From a plasmid, in the sequence record NZ_CP041047.1: a stretch of DNA of 64,000 nucleotides; one strand, written 5' to 3'. Shown here piece after piece: positions 42,285-51,528 of the stretch. The position numbers and the translations under genes were made by a program. The notes below the pieces were generated by a model. That model made no database searches, was not told the DNA's origin, and saw nothing but the letters and a program-made list of their open reading frames with translations. Numbering within the stretch: position 1 is the stretch's first letter; each line of letters starts with the position of its first letter.

Positions 42285-42518
42285 TTAAGGGGCGCGTTTT
42301 GCTTGGGTTTTTACACTATCGTTTATTGAGTCGATGAGGTCGGAAATAGAAAGGAGTTTTCTGCCAAAGAATAGTTTTCGTCTGGCTTCTATTTCGTAGC
42401 GGAAGGGTTCAATAATTTCATCTTCATGCATGATTACGAAACGATAGCCGTTATTAAGGAGTTTATGCAGCTTGTTTGTTTTTTTTCTTATGGGACTTAG
42501 CTTAAACATTGTTATCAA
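42285..42518 (-). CDS. hypothetical protein (77 aa)
   Basis: ORF track. Confidence 0.35.
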   Translation of the reverse strand: MITMFKLSPIRKKTNKLHKLLNNGYRFVIMHEDEIIEPFRYEIEARRKLFFGRKLLSISDLIDSINDSVKTQAKRAP

Positions 42519-42646
42519 CTTCTCATCATGATCACCTGAATTGTTATAACACAGTTATTTCCGACACGCTGCTGCTTTTGCTGAAGAACTCGGATTGCTT
42601 TGGGCTGGGCCAGCAGGTTGTATGCCGGGCGAACCCGGCATCGTTA

Positions 42647-44347
42647 TCACAGGGCTTTTTCTTTTCCCTTTCGTTCTATCCCACGAAACATCGCGCATTT
42701 CCGCACAATATCCAGTGTCGGGATGCTACCACTCCCCTGCTCTTTCACGCTCATTCGCAACGTGAGCCGTAGCAACATCTTGATGTCACGTGGTGGAAGT
42801 TCTGGGTAAGTGTTTACAAGTGATCTGACCAGTTCATCAGGAATGTTCACGCCAAAGTTCTCACCCATAATCTTCCAGATCTTTTGGGCATCTGATTTCT
42901 CCGGCACATCATAGTGAATGATTGCAGCGCATCTTGGTATGATAGCCTCATCGATGTCACTACCCCGGTTGCTTGTCATGAACATCAACCCATCGAAATA
43001 CTCCAGTGTACGGAGGAACTCCGCAACGATGGCATTTTGAGTCAGTGATGCTCCACGCTGCATGACAAACACATCGGCTTCGTCCAGAAGCAGGACACAG
43101 TTCCAGCGTTTAGCCCGGGTCAGAATCGTCCGCAGATTTTTCTCAATGTCATCGGCGTTGGTTCCCAGTGCGCCAGCATGAATTGAGTACAGGGGCCGTT
43201 CAATGACCTCTGCATACACTTCAGCAGTTAATGTCTTCCCAAGTCCGGGTGAGCCCACGCACATGATGATGTTACCCGCGCTTTTCCCTTCAACAATATC
43301 GCTGGTGAAAGCGCTGATATCCGTGGTCAGTATATCGAGTAAATCACGGTGGTCTTCCGGCAAAACCATCTTTTTTGGCAGTTCTTTATCATACTTGTAT
43401 GGTTCTACGTTATTGGCATGTATCCAGATAAAGTCTTGCAGCGAGAGATCAAAATAACGCTGCACAGGAATTTCGGGTAAAAGGCCAAACTGGTCATCTT
43501 CAAAAAGAGGCGACTCCACTTCTGCACCGTAGGCATCGCACTCACTATCAGGCAAATCGTGTATCAGTTTATGCCCTGCTATTTCCAGATTCCGGTCGCT
43601 GTAGCTATACGATTCCATTCTGACAGCCCTGCCGGTTGCTTTAAACTGATTGCCAAATTGCCCGTCGACCACTTCCTTAAACCGCGTTAGTTGTTCCAGG
43701 TACTCTTGTTTCAGCTCATGCGTTTCATGGTAGATATCACGGTCGGCCAGTGTCTTAGCGACACTGCGCCGCGCCACCTCATTAGGCTCGAAATTCAGGG
43801 CGGTAAGCTGGGTTCCGTAAACCTTTTTGGAGTGCGAATATTCGCCGAACCCATACCAGCTGATTTGTAACAATAGTGATGGGGGACGGTCAGAGTTTTT
43901 TTCTGATTTTACTTCTTTTATTGCTGTAACAAGACCGGGGTACAGGTTGCCGTCATGACCGCGTCGGTATATCCAGCCATCAATTCGATTTGACTTCAGA
44001 TACTGTAGTAACACACGACCGAATGCCGGAAAACTGCTCACAGGCTTATCGAAATCACCTTCCAGTGCAGTGATGATCGATTCAAGAGCTCGTCGATTTT
44101 TTGACTCTCCATCACCACGACATGCCTGTAAAAGTTCATTCAGATCATCCCGAGATAAACATAGCGGATCGACGGCAATCTCATCGTCAGAACTACGGTG
44201 GCTATAACGATTACGTAAAGCCTCAAATGTTGGGCTTGTGGTAGCTTTTAGTGTTTCTGTTTTTATCGTGAGTGCCATAGCCGTCCTCGTCAGTAATTTA
44301 CTTTGATATGCCTTAAGTTCACATGGAAGGGGCAACTTCGAACGCAT
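42647..44347 (-). CDS. AAA+ ATPase (566 aa): unknown ~330-aa N-terminal domain plus C-terminal classic-clade AAA module
   Basis: Walker A GSPGLGKTL, Walker B VLLLDEAD, and second region of homology FMTSNRGSDIDEAIIPRC. Start overlaps the upstream small gene by 29 nt. Confidence 0.7.
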   Translation of the reverse strand: MRSKLPLPCELKAYQSKLLTRTAMALTIKTETLKATTSPTFEALRNRYSHRSSDDEIAVDPLCLSRDDLNELLQACRGDGESKNRRALESIITALEGDFDKPVSSFPAFGRVLLQYLKSNRIDGWIYRRGHDGNLYPGLVTAIKEVKSEKNSDRPPSLLLQISWYGFGEYSHSKKVYGTQLTALNFEPNEVARRSVAKTLADRDIYHETHELKQEYLEQLTRFKEVVDGQFGNQFKATGRAVRMESYSYSDRNLEIAGHKLIHDLPDSECDAYGAEVESPLFEDDQFGLLPEIPVQRYFDLSLQDFIWIHANNVEPYKYDKELPKKMVLPEDHRDLLDILTTDISAFTSDIVEGKSAGNIIMCVGSPGLGKTLTAEVYAEVIERPLYSIHAGALGTNADDIEKNLRTILTRAKRWNCVLLLDEADVFVMQRGASLTQNAIVAEFLRTLEYFDGLMFMTSNRGSDIDEAIIPRCAAIIHYDVPEKSDAQKIWKIMGENFGVNIPDELVRSLVNTYPELPPRDIKMLLRLTLRMSVKEQGSGSIPTLDIVRKCAMFRGIERKGKEKAL

Positions 44348-44720
44348 TAGGAACTCTGATCCGCGAGCCTATTTCCAGTTTAATGGTTGCCTTTACGTAT
44401 TCACCCTCCTTCAGATAGGTGATGTCTTGGTTATGAAATGTTGACTTTTCATGTGTAGCCCACCATTCCATAGAGCTTGGGATTTTTAACGTTAGCCCAA
44501 GATGTTCAGTGAGATAGCATACTCCCATGTTTGAGTAGGTCTTAACGGGGTTCGGGTAGAATTGAAAGTTACCCTCTACGAGACAATCAGTACGAGGATC
44601 GATGAACGAAAGGAAAACGCTAAAAGTACCCTGACGTTTTAGCTCGGCGTAAGCCTCAAGAATCGTGAAACGCTTTAATGCGTCATTTGAAAACAGGGTT
44701 ACAATTTTTTCCGAAAGCAT
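44319..44720 (-). CDS. hypothetical protein (133 aa from Met at 44720 with RBS GAGGTGG; ORF track start 44804), partner of the AAA ATPase
   Basis: Strong RBS before the internal ATG. The 44804 ATG would sit inside the promoter motif/terminator region. Confidence 0.5.
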   Translation of the reverse strand: MLSEKIVTLFSNDALKRFTILEAYAELKRQGTFSVFLSFIDPRTDCLVEGNFQFYPNPVKTYSNMGVCYLTEHLGLTLKIPSSMEWWATHEKSTFHNQDITYLKEGEYVKATIKLEIGSRIRVPNAFEVAPSM

Positions 44721-44768
44721 AGCCACCTCATGAGCTGTTTTTTTCCTATTATCAACCGGTGTCTCCTC

Positions 44769-44777
44769 CTGACGAAT
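44769..44777 (+). promoter_or_regulatory. conserved motif CTGACGAAT (copy 8)
   Basis: 49 bp upstream of the 44720 start. Confidence 0.4.
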
Positions 44778-44789
44778 AGGTTTGCGGCC

Positions 44790-44816
44790 AAAAAAAAACT
44801 GCACCAGGAGGTGCAG
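44790..44816 (-). terminator. intrinsic terminator of the parAB operon (ctgcacc(tcc)tggtgcag plus T9 on the minus strand)
   Basis: perfect hairpin plus T-run about 30 bp after the parB stop. Confidence 0.7.
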
Positions 44817-44843
44817 TTTCGATAATCAAGCAATGGCGAATTG

Positions 44844-45848
44844 TTATTTTTCGCTACTCAGTTTATCCGTAATAAATGCTTCAATTTCTGCCATGAGCTC
44901 GGTACTCATTCGGTTAAATTCAAAGCGAACTTTACGGCCTGATGCATTTTTGCTGATACGGGCGTATTTGTCCTTATTAGCAAAATTAGCCAGATCACGG
45001 GTTTCCCAACTTTTTGCAGGTGGCTTTTGATCGAGTAATTCAACCGCCTTTGTGATCTGCGCCATGACAATTTTCTGCGCTTCCGGGATGTCACTGATGT
45101 CCAGATTAGCAATTTCTTCTTTCACCCTATCAACTACATCTGCAAGAATGAAAAGGTTGCTCTCTACGTATTTCTGAAGTTTGGACAACCGGCTGTAGAA
45201 GGAGTTTGGTATACCTTCATAATCCGGGAACAGAGCTATCAACGAACCGTCAATACGCGCCGCCTGAATACGTTTAAAGACTGACACATGGCTTATGCCA
45301 AGAAAGAGGGCAAGCTCTTCATTTTTGGTGAATCCTTTTTCCTGCATTAGTTCCAGATACTGAAGCCCAACCTCTCGGTATGAGAATCGGCGTGATGTTT
45401 GTGCAGCGGTAATAATCGCCTTGATGTCCTCAGCTGATAGATCATCTGGTAGCACCCATAAAGGCAGATCTTTTTGAGCCGCAATACAGCAAAAACGTCT
45501 GCGGCTACCTTCAATAAGCAGGTACACGCCATCACGTTTAACGGCAACACCTTCAGTATCAACACCCCTTGACTCAATTTGTTGCAGGATATCTCGTACT
45601 GCGTTTGTGGTAAGCGCTTCCTGATTTCGCGGGTTCATTGGGTGAACGGCGGTCTCAGTAGCGACATTTTCAGCTGCTACAGTGACGTGCTCAGCTTCAA
45701 GTTTTCGCCCGTTATGAAGGGTAAAGAGTTTCTTAATGCGAGGGGGACTCTTAAGGTTAGCTAACCCGGAACGGTGGCCTACATCGGTTCGCTTTGGCGT
45801 ATTTAGATAACGCGATTTATCGTTTCCGATATGCTGTTCATCACTCAT
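44844..45848 (-). CDS. parB: ParB, type Ia (P1-like) centromere-binding protein (334 aa)
   Basis: ParB box LLIEGSRRRF; overall resemblance to P1/P7 ParB; overlaps the parA stop. Confidence 0.8.
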   Translation of the reverse strand: MSDEQHIGNDKSRYLNTPKRTDVGHRSGLANLKSPPRIKKLFTLHNGRKLEAEHVTVAAENVATETAVHPMNPRNQEALTTNAVRDILQQIESRGVDTEGVAVKRDGVYLLIEGSRRRFCCIAAQKDLPLWVLPDDLSAEDIKAIITAAQTSRRFSYREVGLQYLELMQEKGFTKNEELALFLGISHVSVFKRIQAARIDGSLIALFPDYEGIPNSFYSRLSKLQKYVESNLFILADVVDRVKEEIANLDISDIPEAQKIVMAQITKAVELLDQKPPAKSWETRDLANFANKDKYARISKNASGRKVRFEFNRMSTELMAEIEAFITDKLSSEK

Positions 45849-47107
45849 GCGTTAACTCCTTCCTTCGCTGAAAAACTCTTTATCTCATTAATAAACTGTT
45901 GATATACGGACATTACGGATTCTTCGGCAATATCCAGCTGCTTTGGTGAACATAACTCTTCAGATTTCTTAATATCGAGAACCGACCTACCCCGTGACGC
46001 AGCTGCTTTGAATGCTTCAGAGTTTTTGATATTGGTTGCCATAAACAGGTCTTGAACGGTTCGAATTAACTTATCGAGGACTATTTTTTCGTATGGGCTT
46101 TTATCATCGACGTTAACGGCCAGTACTTTAAACCATTTAATATTTTCACCTTTATTGGGAGACTGACGGAATCGCTCACTGATCGTCAGCATAAAATCAG
46201 TTGTGGATGCATAGTCGTATTCTCGCGGAGAAACTGCGACAAGAATACCGTCAGCGGCCTCATCAGCGGCCCAGATAATTGGCGAGTCTTCTGGAGGGGT
46301 ATCGAAGATAATAAGGTCATACTTAGCTTTCAGGACTGGCATTATCACTTCTTTGAATCGTAGCAACAACTGAGTGCGCTCTTCTTTACTGCACTGCCAG
46401 TATTTATCTTTGAATCTCGCATCGGTTGGGAACGCAGTAATTACATCAAGATTTGGCAGATGGGTTGAGAACGGCATATTCTCAATGATTTCAGCCTCAG
46501 AGTAACCCATGTCGAGGTATTTTTTATATTCAGAACCTTCTTCATACACGCCCAGGATTGCGTCGATTGCAGTCAGGAATACGTCGTCTTCAGATACGCT
46601 TTGAATCATACCGCTACCAATAGAGCCTTGCGGATCCCATTCAATTACTAAAACTCTGGCATTCAACTGGAGATCAAGTGCTGCTGCTACAGCCAGAGCC
46701 ACTGAGGTCGTGCTTTTTCCTGTCCCACCTTTATGATTCTGAACAATGATTGTTCGGCTCTGGTAGTAATCTCTATAGCGCGGATAACCCAGGGCATCCA
46801 TAATATTCTGGACATCCCAGCGGGTATAAAGGTGGTTTTTGTTCTGATAAATAGGTTGACCCACCAGCCTTTTTTCTTCGAGATCAGCGAGAATTTTATT
46901 GAAGGTAACTCGAGATTTTCCAAAGAAGTCGGAGAGATTTTTTTTATTCAGGCAGTGGTTATAGATAAGGCGATCTACCCCCTCCACACTGTCATCTGAT
47001 ACAGATACCCGGGAAGAAGCCAGTAACGATTCTTTCAATGAAATTTGTTCGGACTTCATGCGTTGCCCGACAAGGGCAATTTTATCTATTAGATTCATTC
47101 TCGTCAT
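45845..47107 (-). CDS. parA: ParA, type Ia partition ATPase with N-terminal HTH extension (420 aa)
   Basis: deviant Walker A KGGTGKST; N-terminal ~100-aa extension typical of P1 ParA/SopA-type. Confidence 0.85.
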   Translation of the reverse strand: MTRMNLIDKIALVGQRMKSEQISLKESLLASSRVSVSDDSVEGVDRLIYNHCLNKKNLSDFFGKSRVTFNKILADLEEKRLVGQPIYQNKNHLYTRWDVQNIMDALGYPRYRDYYQSRTIIVQNHKGGTGKSTTSVALAVAAALDLQLNARVLVIEWDPQGSIGSGMIQSVSEDDVFLTAIDAILGVYEEGSEYKKYLDMGYSEAEIIENMPFSTHLPNLDVITAFPTDARFKDKYWQCSKEERTQLLLRFKEVIMPVLKAKYDLIIFDTPPEDSPIIWAADEAADGILVAVSPREYDYASTTDFMLTISERFRQSPNKGENIKWFKVLAVNVDDKSPYEKIVLDKLIRTVQDLFMATNIKNSEAFKAAASRGRSVLDIKKSEELCSPKQLDIAEESVMSVYQQFINEIKSFSAKEGVNA

Positions 47108-47119
47108 ACCCTCAAACCT

Positions 47120-47210
47120 GAATTATGAATTTAAACGCATATGCGTATACTTTACGTATAATGCGTAAAATGACGCTCTATGCGTATAATTGTAACGGCA
47201 ATCAGATTGA
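47120..47210. promoter_or_regulatory. putative parA promoter/operator with repeated ATGCGTATA half-sites
   Basis: gcatatgcgtatactttacgtataatgcgtaaaatgacgctctatgcgtataattg forms inverted/direct repeats overlapping TATAAT-like elements. Confidence 0.5.
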
Positions 47211-47288
47211 GACGCTAACATTCTATTTTGTTTTTTCTTCATTTTGCGATCTCGAAATGCAGTTCAATGACACATCATCTTTCTCTTC

Positions 47289-47660
47289 TGGCGATTAAGG
47301 GGGTTAAGTAATCCACGGGGCGGGCAGAACCCGGAGAGACTGACTGGCGATTAAGGGGGTTAAGTAACCCACGGGTCGGGCAGAACCCGGAGATGCTGGC
47401 TGGCGATTAAGGGGGTTAAGTGACCCACTGTACGGGCAGAAACCGGAGAGGCTGGCTGGCGATTAAGGGGGTTAAGTGACCCACTGTACGGGCAGAAACC
47501 GGAGAGGCTGGCTGGCGATTAAGGGGGTTAAGTGACCCACGGTACGGGCAGAACCCGGAGAGGCTGACTGGCGATTAAGGGTGTTAAGTAATCCACGGGT
47601 CGGGCAGAACCCGGGGATGCTGGCTGGCGATTAAGGGGGTTAAGTGACTTAGCGCTGGAG
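47289..47660. repeat. tandem array of 6 full plus 1 partial ~57-bp repeats (CTGGCGATTAAGGGGGTTAAGTGACCCACNGTACGGGCAGAAMCCGGAGAGGCTGG); candidate centromere/incompatibility array
   Basis: contiguous head-to-tail repeats, so not CRISPR-like; each contains TCGCCA, which is P1 parS boxB-like. Confidence 0.7.
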
Positions 47661-47716
47661 GATACGCCCTGCAACTATTGGTAAATGAATGACAAGGTTT
47701 CCCGTAAGACCCATCA

Positions 47717-47744
47717 AATAAAAAAGCCTCTGAAGTAGAGGCTC
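47717..47744 (-). terminator. intrinsic terminator (agcctct(gaagt)agaggct plus T-run on the minus strand)
   Basis: just after the stop of the 47762-48031 gene. Confidence 0.55.
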
Positions 47745-47761
47745 TTGGGTATTCGATATAG

Positions 47762-48031
47762 TTAGGCTAATTCGTCCGGGTCGTTGATGGCACTAACGAA
47801 GAACTCCGTGCGGTAATCATTCCCCCATCCCAACCAGACAGAAGGTGAACCCTCCTTTGCCAACGAACGGTCACCCGTCATGCTGTCCGCTTGGACAGGA
47901 ACTGTCACGCATTCTTTAATAGTATCGGCCTCGGCAACCAGTCCAGTACTCTGGGTTTCAAATCCGGCAATTACGACAACAGCATCAGGGTCGTGTAGCT
48001 GAAGCTGGGCGATAAGCTCTTTAACTTTCAT
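47762..48031 (-). CDS. hypothetical protein (89 aa)
   Basis: ORF track. Confidence 0.4.
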   Translation of the reverse strand: MKVKELIAQLQLHDPDAVVVIAGFETQSTGLVAEADTIKECVTVPVQADSMTGDRSLAKEGSPSVWLGWGNDYRTEFFVSAINDPDELA

Positions 48032-48077
48032 AGTGATCCTCTGCGCTAGAATTATCCAATTCTACCACGCTTGATGG

Positions 48078-48599
48078 TCAGGCGTATAAGTGCTTACTGT
48101 ACAGCTCGAAAGCTTCATCATGTTCCAAATCGTCCAGGATAACGATATCAGGGCCATGTTCTTTTTTGATTTGTGCGATGTATGAAGCGTATTGAGCCTG
48201 GCTTTTGTAGCCCACTGTCCAAAGTCTACCTTCGCGTAAGACGCAGATTTTCTTGCGGTAAACCTTCTTGAAACTTGATTTAGTTTTCCGGTTACGCTCC
48301 TCGTCACTGACAAGCTGGTCGATTACTTCAATCAGGTTTGAGTCTATGAGAAATGGCTTGCCATTGTGTTCGCCAAGGCAGATTGGCAGAAGACCCTTCG
48401 CATATGATTCGGCCTGGCGGAACAGCTCTTTTTTTCCTGGTTCGAACAGTACGCGAGTTTCGCCACCATGCCCATCATTATCAGCTGTACCTATGCTCAG
48501 CCCGTCGAAGAGGACAGTAGCGTTAAAGCAGACTGTTTCCTGGCTCATGCCAGTATAGATTTTGAGGCCTTTCAATTTGATTCTTGTCTGAGTGTTCAT
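48078..48599 (-). CDS. hypothetical protein (173 aa from MNTQTRIKL with RBS GGGGAA; ORF track start 48638)
   Basis: conserved motif 54 bp upstream of the 48599 start. Confidence 0.45.
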   Translation of the reverse strand: MNTQTRIKLKGLKIYTGMSQETVCFNATVLFDGLSIGTADNDGHGGETRVLFEPGKKELFRQAESYAKGLLPICLGEHNGKPFLIDSNLIEVIDQLVSDEERNRKTKSSFKKVYRKKICVLREGRLWTVGYKSQAQYASYIAQIKKEHGPDIVILDDLEHDEAFELYSKHLYA

Positions 48600-48652
48600 T
48601 GTGTGTTCCCCGCTTTCTAATTGTGATTCTATTTTCAATCACCTTGAGCAGG

Positions 48653-48661
48653 TGACGAAGT
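48653..48661 (+). promoter_or_regulatory. conserved motif GTGACGAAG (copy 9)
   Basis: 54 bp upstream of the 48599 start. Confidence 0.45.
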
Positions 48662-49054
48662 GATACGGAGAAATAATTGTTGGGTCGCCTGATAGCCGGG
48701 CTGGTGGCAGCCGCAACCCTTAGTCAGTACTTCGGGATCGTAGTTCCGAAAAGCCACAACAGTCTCCACAGCGTTTTGGGGGTGTTAACCCCCATACGCT
48801 TTGAGACTTTGCCCTAGCGGGCCGCGAATTCGCCTAATCGCCCCGTGAGGGCTCTATTCGAATTTACATGTCGTGCCTGCTTCGCTTGAGAGCGAAGCTT
48901 TTGGACGGCGATTGCCCGCGTGGCGGGCAGACATTTTTACGTGCGCATTGCGCACGATTTTCTTCGGTTACATTACAGGGCTGGCTGGGGATTGGCTTAT
49001 TGCAATATTCTACAACGAAGCTGGGAACGGCTGGCTGGAACGCGAAGATTTAAA

Positions 49055-49321
49055 TCATACTCTATATCGACTGATATCAACGACGGTATCAGCGGGGTCT
49101 GTTGCCAGCTTACAGGTCACTTGACCTTCCTGATCCAGCATCAGTGTCGCGGTTAACGGTTCATTTTGAGCATCGATTACAGTGACATTCACGCGTAACC
49201 GTGTTGGAAGCATCATCAGAATTCGCGTAGGGCTCTCTGATAATGACACGTTTCTGGCTTGCAGAACCGCTAAAACACTCTTCATTAACTCTGCTTGGTC
49301 GATCATATAGTCACATGCCAC
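49055..49321 (-). CDS. hypothetical protein (88 aa)
   Basis: ORF track. Confidence 0.35.
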   Translation of the reverse strand: MACDYMIDQAELMKSVLAVLQARNVSLSESPTRILMMLPTRLRVNVTVIDAQNEPLTATLMLDQEGQVTCKLATDPADTVVDISRYRV

Positions 49322-49727
49322 TGGATGTATTGGGATGAAATCGTGCCTACCGCAGGGCTACACGAAAGATATAAATCAGTATGACATGCGGGCCGGACTC
49401 AAACCATCAATTACTGGAACCAGTCCGAAGATAGCGCTCTGGTTTTTATGCTGTTGAATTTACATAGTTGTTATTTAGTGAATTATTCGTACCTTATCAT
49501 TCACTGATATCACTTAAATTCAAAGTGAACAGGAGAGGATTGGATTAAAAGTCCATAAAATGTGAATTAAAAGTGCGCTAGGAAATGCGATAAACTGATT
49601 GATTTGTTTTGATATGGTTTTTATGTGAATTATCGGTGAGTTACTTGTGTGCTACTTATCTCCATGCTGCTATGCCTTTCCAATAAATAGATTGGATAGG
49701 GCAGGGAGATGGAAGAGGGGAGAGGGC

Positions 49728-50570
49728 TTACTCCGCAGGTGATTTCACTTTAAATTCAAGCCATCTTGCCCCGAGCCTGTTTTTATCCAGATTGTAGAAC
49801 AACGGTTTTATACAGACCCCTTCATACTCAGGGAACTCTATACCGCTGGCGAAGTGAATCTGTAGTGTATCAGGATCAATACCCATCATGTTTGTGTCAA
49901 ACAGCCTGTGGAATGTTGGTGATAGCAAAATGCCGTTACTGGCGTTATAGCAGCCTGCTACGGATGTTGGTTCAATATGTGCTGCCTCCAGCACACCGTT
50001 GAGGTGTTTGCCCGATACCGCGCACAGGCTTCCGAAATTCTTATCCACCAACTCACGGAACTGAGACTGGACATGCACATCGCGAACGCTAACCTCTCGG
50101 CGGAAGCTCGGGGAGCGCATACGGATATCTGCATGGGGGAGGTGACCGCGTGGTAATGGCAATACAGCCGGTTGCTCATCCATTACTGGATTCTGCTCCT
50201 CGCAGTAGGTGTCCACGGACTCAATCAAACGGGATGTGTCATTACCAAATCGGCGAGTGAACCAGAGCCTGAAGTGAGCCAACCGTGATGCCGGAATTTT
50301 GTTACGTGCGTACTCCTGAGCATTCTCCTTTTCGATTTCAGTATTTAGTAAAGCCAGACGGGCCTGAGAAGCACGAATTTCTTCCTGGACTCTGAGATAT
50401 CCTGCCAGTAGACAAACTTTGGATTCCTGATGTTCAGGCCGTCGCGGATAACCAGATCCTGTTTCAACCACGCCAAAGGCTTTGTACCGGAACATTCGGG
50501 GAAAAAGCGTTAATGCCACCCGGTTGTTACGACGAACGAGGGAACGAATCAGATTGGTTATCTTCCTCAT
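49728..50570 (-). CDS. HNH endonuclease-domain protein (280 aa), paralog of the 10208-10927 ORF
   Basis: CAVSGKHLNGVLEAAHIEP...NGILLSPTFHRLFD HNH core; N-terminal region also related to the other copy. Confidence 0.6.
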   Translation of the reverse strand: MRKITNLIRSLVRRNNRVALTLFPRMFRYKAFGVVETGSGYPRRPEHQESKVCLLAGYLRVQEEIRASQARLALLNTEIEKENAQEYARNKIPASRLAHFRLWFTRRFGNDTSRLIESVDTYCEEQNPVMDEQPAVLPLPRGHLPHADIRMRSPSFRREVSVRDVHVQSQFRELVDKNFGSLCAVSGKHLNGVLEAAHIEPTSVAGCYNASNGILLSPTFHRLFDTNMMGIDPDTLQIHFASGIEFPEYEGVCIKPLFYNLDKNRLGARWLEFKVKSPAE

Positions 50571-50952
50571 GTTCTGAATAGTGCGGGGAGAAAAGAACGC
50601 GGCGTATTACCTCTGCTCTATCTATTCCCGACATTATCCCTCTGCGAATGACACCACGGAGGTGAGCATTATGTCTTGCCCCGCTTACTAGGCCGAACTC
50701 ACGGGACAAACTGACATACTCTTTCAGGAGGTGATGCTTAGGGTCGGTAAACGCCTCTGGAGGAATCACCTGATATGCAACTGACGAAAGTATACGGAAA
50801 GTCAGTTCAGATGCTGTCCAGCCCTCACGCCGAAGCCGAATAATTGTTATAACGAGATCATCGATACCAGGCATATCCGGTTCGATATATAGGGACATCA
50901 GAGTGTCGTTCATTCCGGGAGGAAGGCTAGCAGAGTGTGACGGGTTGCTCAT
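50527..50952 (-). CDS. hypothetical protein (141 aa)
   Basis: ORF track; overlaps the start of the HNH gene. Confidence 0.4.
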   Translation of the reverse strand: MSNPSHSASLPPGMNDTLMSLYIEPDMPGIDDLVITIIRLRREGWTASELTFRILSSVAYQVIPPEAFTDPKHHLLKEYVSLSREFGLVSGARHNAHLRGVIRRGIMSGIDRAEVIRRVLFSPHYSEHEEDNQSDSFPRSS

Positions 50953-51137
50953 AGGGTAAGGTACTGATCGGACGTAGAAGAAGCGCTTATGTTACGGAAT
51001 TCGCTCTGGTGGGTTTTAGCTCCAGTGGCGAACGCTGGAACTACGGGTAAAAAAATCCCCGGTTTACCGGGGAAGTTAACAACTACCTCCAGAAGGGTTG
51101 GAGGCAAAGCCGGTTGGGCGACCGGCCACAGGGAATG

Positions 51138-51302
51138 CTACGGCTTAATGCCGAGTACTACACCGCCATAGACCAGGTACATCACGATGGCGAACAGCAT
51201 GAAGAAATGGGTTACCGGGTGCGCCAGCGCGGCTGCTGCCGCATTGCTTGCGCTGAGCTTCAGTGAGCCAAAAGAGTGATTACGAACAGCTTGTGCTTTC
51301 AT
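51138..51302 (-). CDS. small membrane protein (54 aa from MKAQAVRNH with RBS AGGAG; C-terminal transmembrane segment)
   Basis: the internal start is the one with an RBS; conserved motif 66 bp upstream. Confidence 0.4.
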   Translation of the reverse strand: MKAQAVRNHSFGSLKLSASNAAAAALAHPVTHFFMLFAIVMYLVYGGVVLGIKP

Positions 51303-51367
51303 GGGTCGCTCCTGATAACGGGTTACATGTTGTGGCTTCTGTATCCAGTATCTGGTGAGTGACTCAG

Positions 51368-51376
51368 GTGACGAAG
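51368..51376 (+). promoter_or_regulatory. conserved motif GTGACGAAG (copy 10)
   Basis: 66 bp upstream of the 51302 start. Confidence 0.4.
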
Positions 51377-51454
51377 AAAACCAGGGCATAAAAAGCCCTG
51401 TATTTTCAGAAAGATAATATCGGTTTCGTTTTGTGTTGTGCTTGCTATTCCGGG

Positions 51455-51490
51455 CATAAAAAAACCGCCTGGTGAACCAGACGGCTTTGG
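51455..51490 (-). terminator. probable intrinsic terminator (ccgtctgg(ttcac)ccaggcgg plus T7 on the minus strand)
   Basis: about 100 bp after the stop of the 51589-52032 gene; one stem mismatch. Confidence 0.45.
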
Positions 51491-51528
51491 GATAAACAGG
51501 CTTTACACAGACAGGTCAGTGGATCATT

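Noticed and set aside
44721-44804. Upstream extension (MQFFFGRK...) of the small gene preceding the AAA ATPase
   Set aside because: The 44804 ATG lacks an RBS and would overlap the promoter motif and the parAB terminator. The internal ATG at 44720 has a perfect RBS.
47289-47660. Tandem repeat array considered as a possible CRISPR array
   Set aside because: Repeats are contiguous with no unique spacers, and there are no cas genes. It looks like a centromere/iteron-like array instead.
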